Assembly (NCBI RefSeq): GCF_044704955.1
Contig: NC_091977.1
Span: 329,654,001-329,718,000 of the forward strand
Length of the DNA stretch: 64,000 bases
Direction: 5' to 3'
Origin: Pristiophorus japonicus
Taxonomy: Eukaryota
Each line of letters starts with the position of its first letter. Position 1 is the first letter of the stretch. The position numbers and the translations under genes are program-made. This document shows, in pieces, positions 63,301 through 64,000 of the stretch. Below the pieces are notes generated by a model. That model ran no database searches. It saw nothing but the letters and a program-made list of their open reading frames with translations, and was not told the DNA's origin.

Positions 63301-64000
63301 ACCCAGAGTGGCAACCTGTTCTCCGAATCTTTGTGGGTCACGACTACCGTGGCGCTGTCTAGCACCGGGATGATCTGCTTTGTGTAAGTTCGTAGCTGTG
63401 CGTCAATCTGCGATAATTTTGGCCTCCTGGCCTTGGACGGCCACAACTTTTCGAACTGTTTGATACCCATCAGGGACTGGCTGGCCCCCGTGTCTAGCTC
63501 CATTGATACTGGGATGCCATTGAGGAGCACTTTCATCATTATCGGTGGCGTCCTGGTGTATGAACTGTCTACGTGCTCCACATGAACTCGCTGAACTTCA
63601 GCTTCCAGCGATTTCACCCAGCGTTCATTTCTGCAATTTATGCAGGTATTTTGCTCATCTCTGCAAACTCTGGCTGAGTGTGTGCCTCCACGCCTCCAAC
63701 ATAAGCTGTTGTTGGAAACAAAAGGTCCCTTGCCAGTCGATCGTCCCTGACTGCCCCTGTGACTGTCCTTGAGTGCGCCATTAACAGGTGTTGATGGCCC
63801 CATCACTGGCCGCATTGTCCCTTGCAATGGCGTGAATCGCTGTTCAGCTTGCCATTGTCTCTGTCGACTCTCCCTCTGTGTTCAACTACATGTTGGGGCA
63901 TGCCCGATTGCCGTTGTCTGCCTGGAGAACTGTGTGCTGCTTTAACAATGTTGAATCTCTGTCCCAATCATTCCTTAGCACAGTACCTCTCATCTGTTCT

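Larger units (their letters stand above)
57972..63965 (-). mobile_element. Gypsy LTR retrotransposon (gag end, PR, RT, RNase H, integrase, 3' LTR)
   Basis: [19 protein letters not shown], integrase H..HPG...C..C, HVDYAGP, VSDNGP; PPT at 60440-60461; 3' LTR split into about 57972-58122 and 60347-60439. Confidence 0.93.

Overview
Vertebrate genomic DNA, very probably a cartilaginous fish (shark). This is inferred from the repeat content (Deu-domain SINEs, CR1, RTE, Penelope-like elements, Harbinger, Gypsy), not from a search. The host genes are the head-to-head pair NUDCD1 (minus strand; only coding exon 1 recognised, 15035-15149) and ENY2 (plus strand; probable non-coding exon 1 plus four coding exons, 21853-28090). 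They share a short bidirectional promoter with NRF1, ZNF143/THAP11 and TATA motifs. Almost everything else is transposon-derived: an 8-kb Harbinger with TIRs, TSD, a DDE transposase and a spliced Myb/SANT gene; further Harbinger relics; three Gypsy LTR elements, one a two-LTR RT-deleted derivative; many nested LINEs and SINEs; a minisatellite and an assembly gap. I found no convincing new protein-coding system, and most ORFs in the track are TE remnants or repeat artefacts. The most interesting signals are non-coding: minimal hammerhead-ribozyme motifs in the Penelope-like repeats, CTCF-like motifs carried by the Gypsy LTRs in divergent orientation, a SINE with twin-priming geometry, a 72-bp duplication around a CR1, and a multi-hairpin MITE. 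All coordinates were counted by eye; TE boundaries are approximate.
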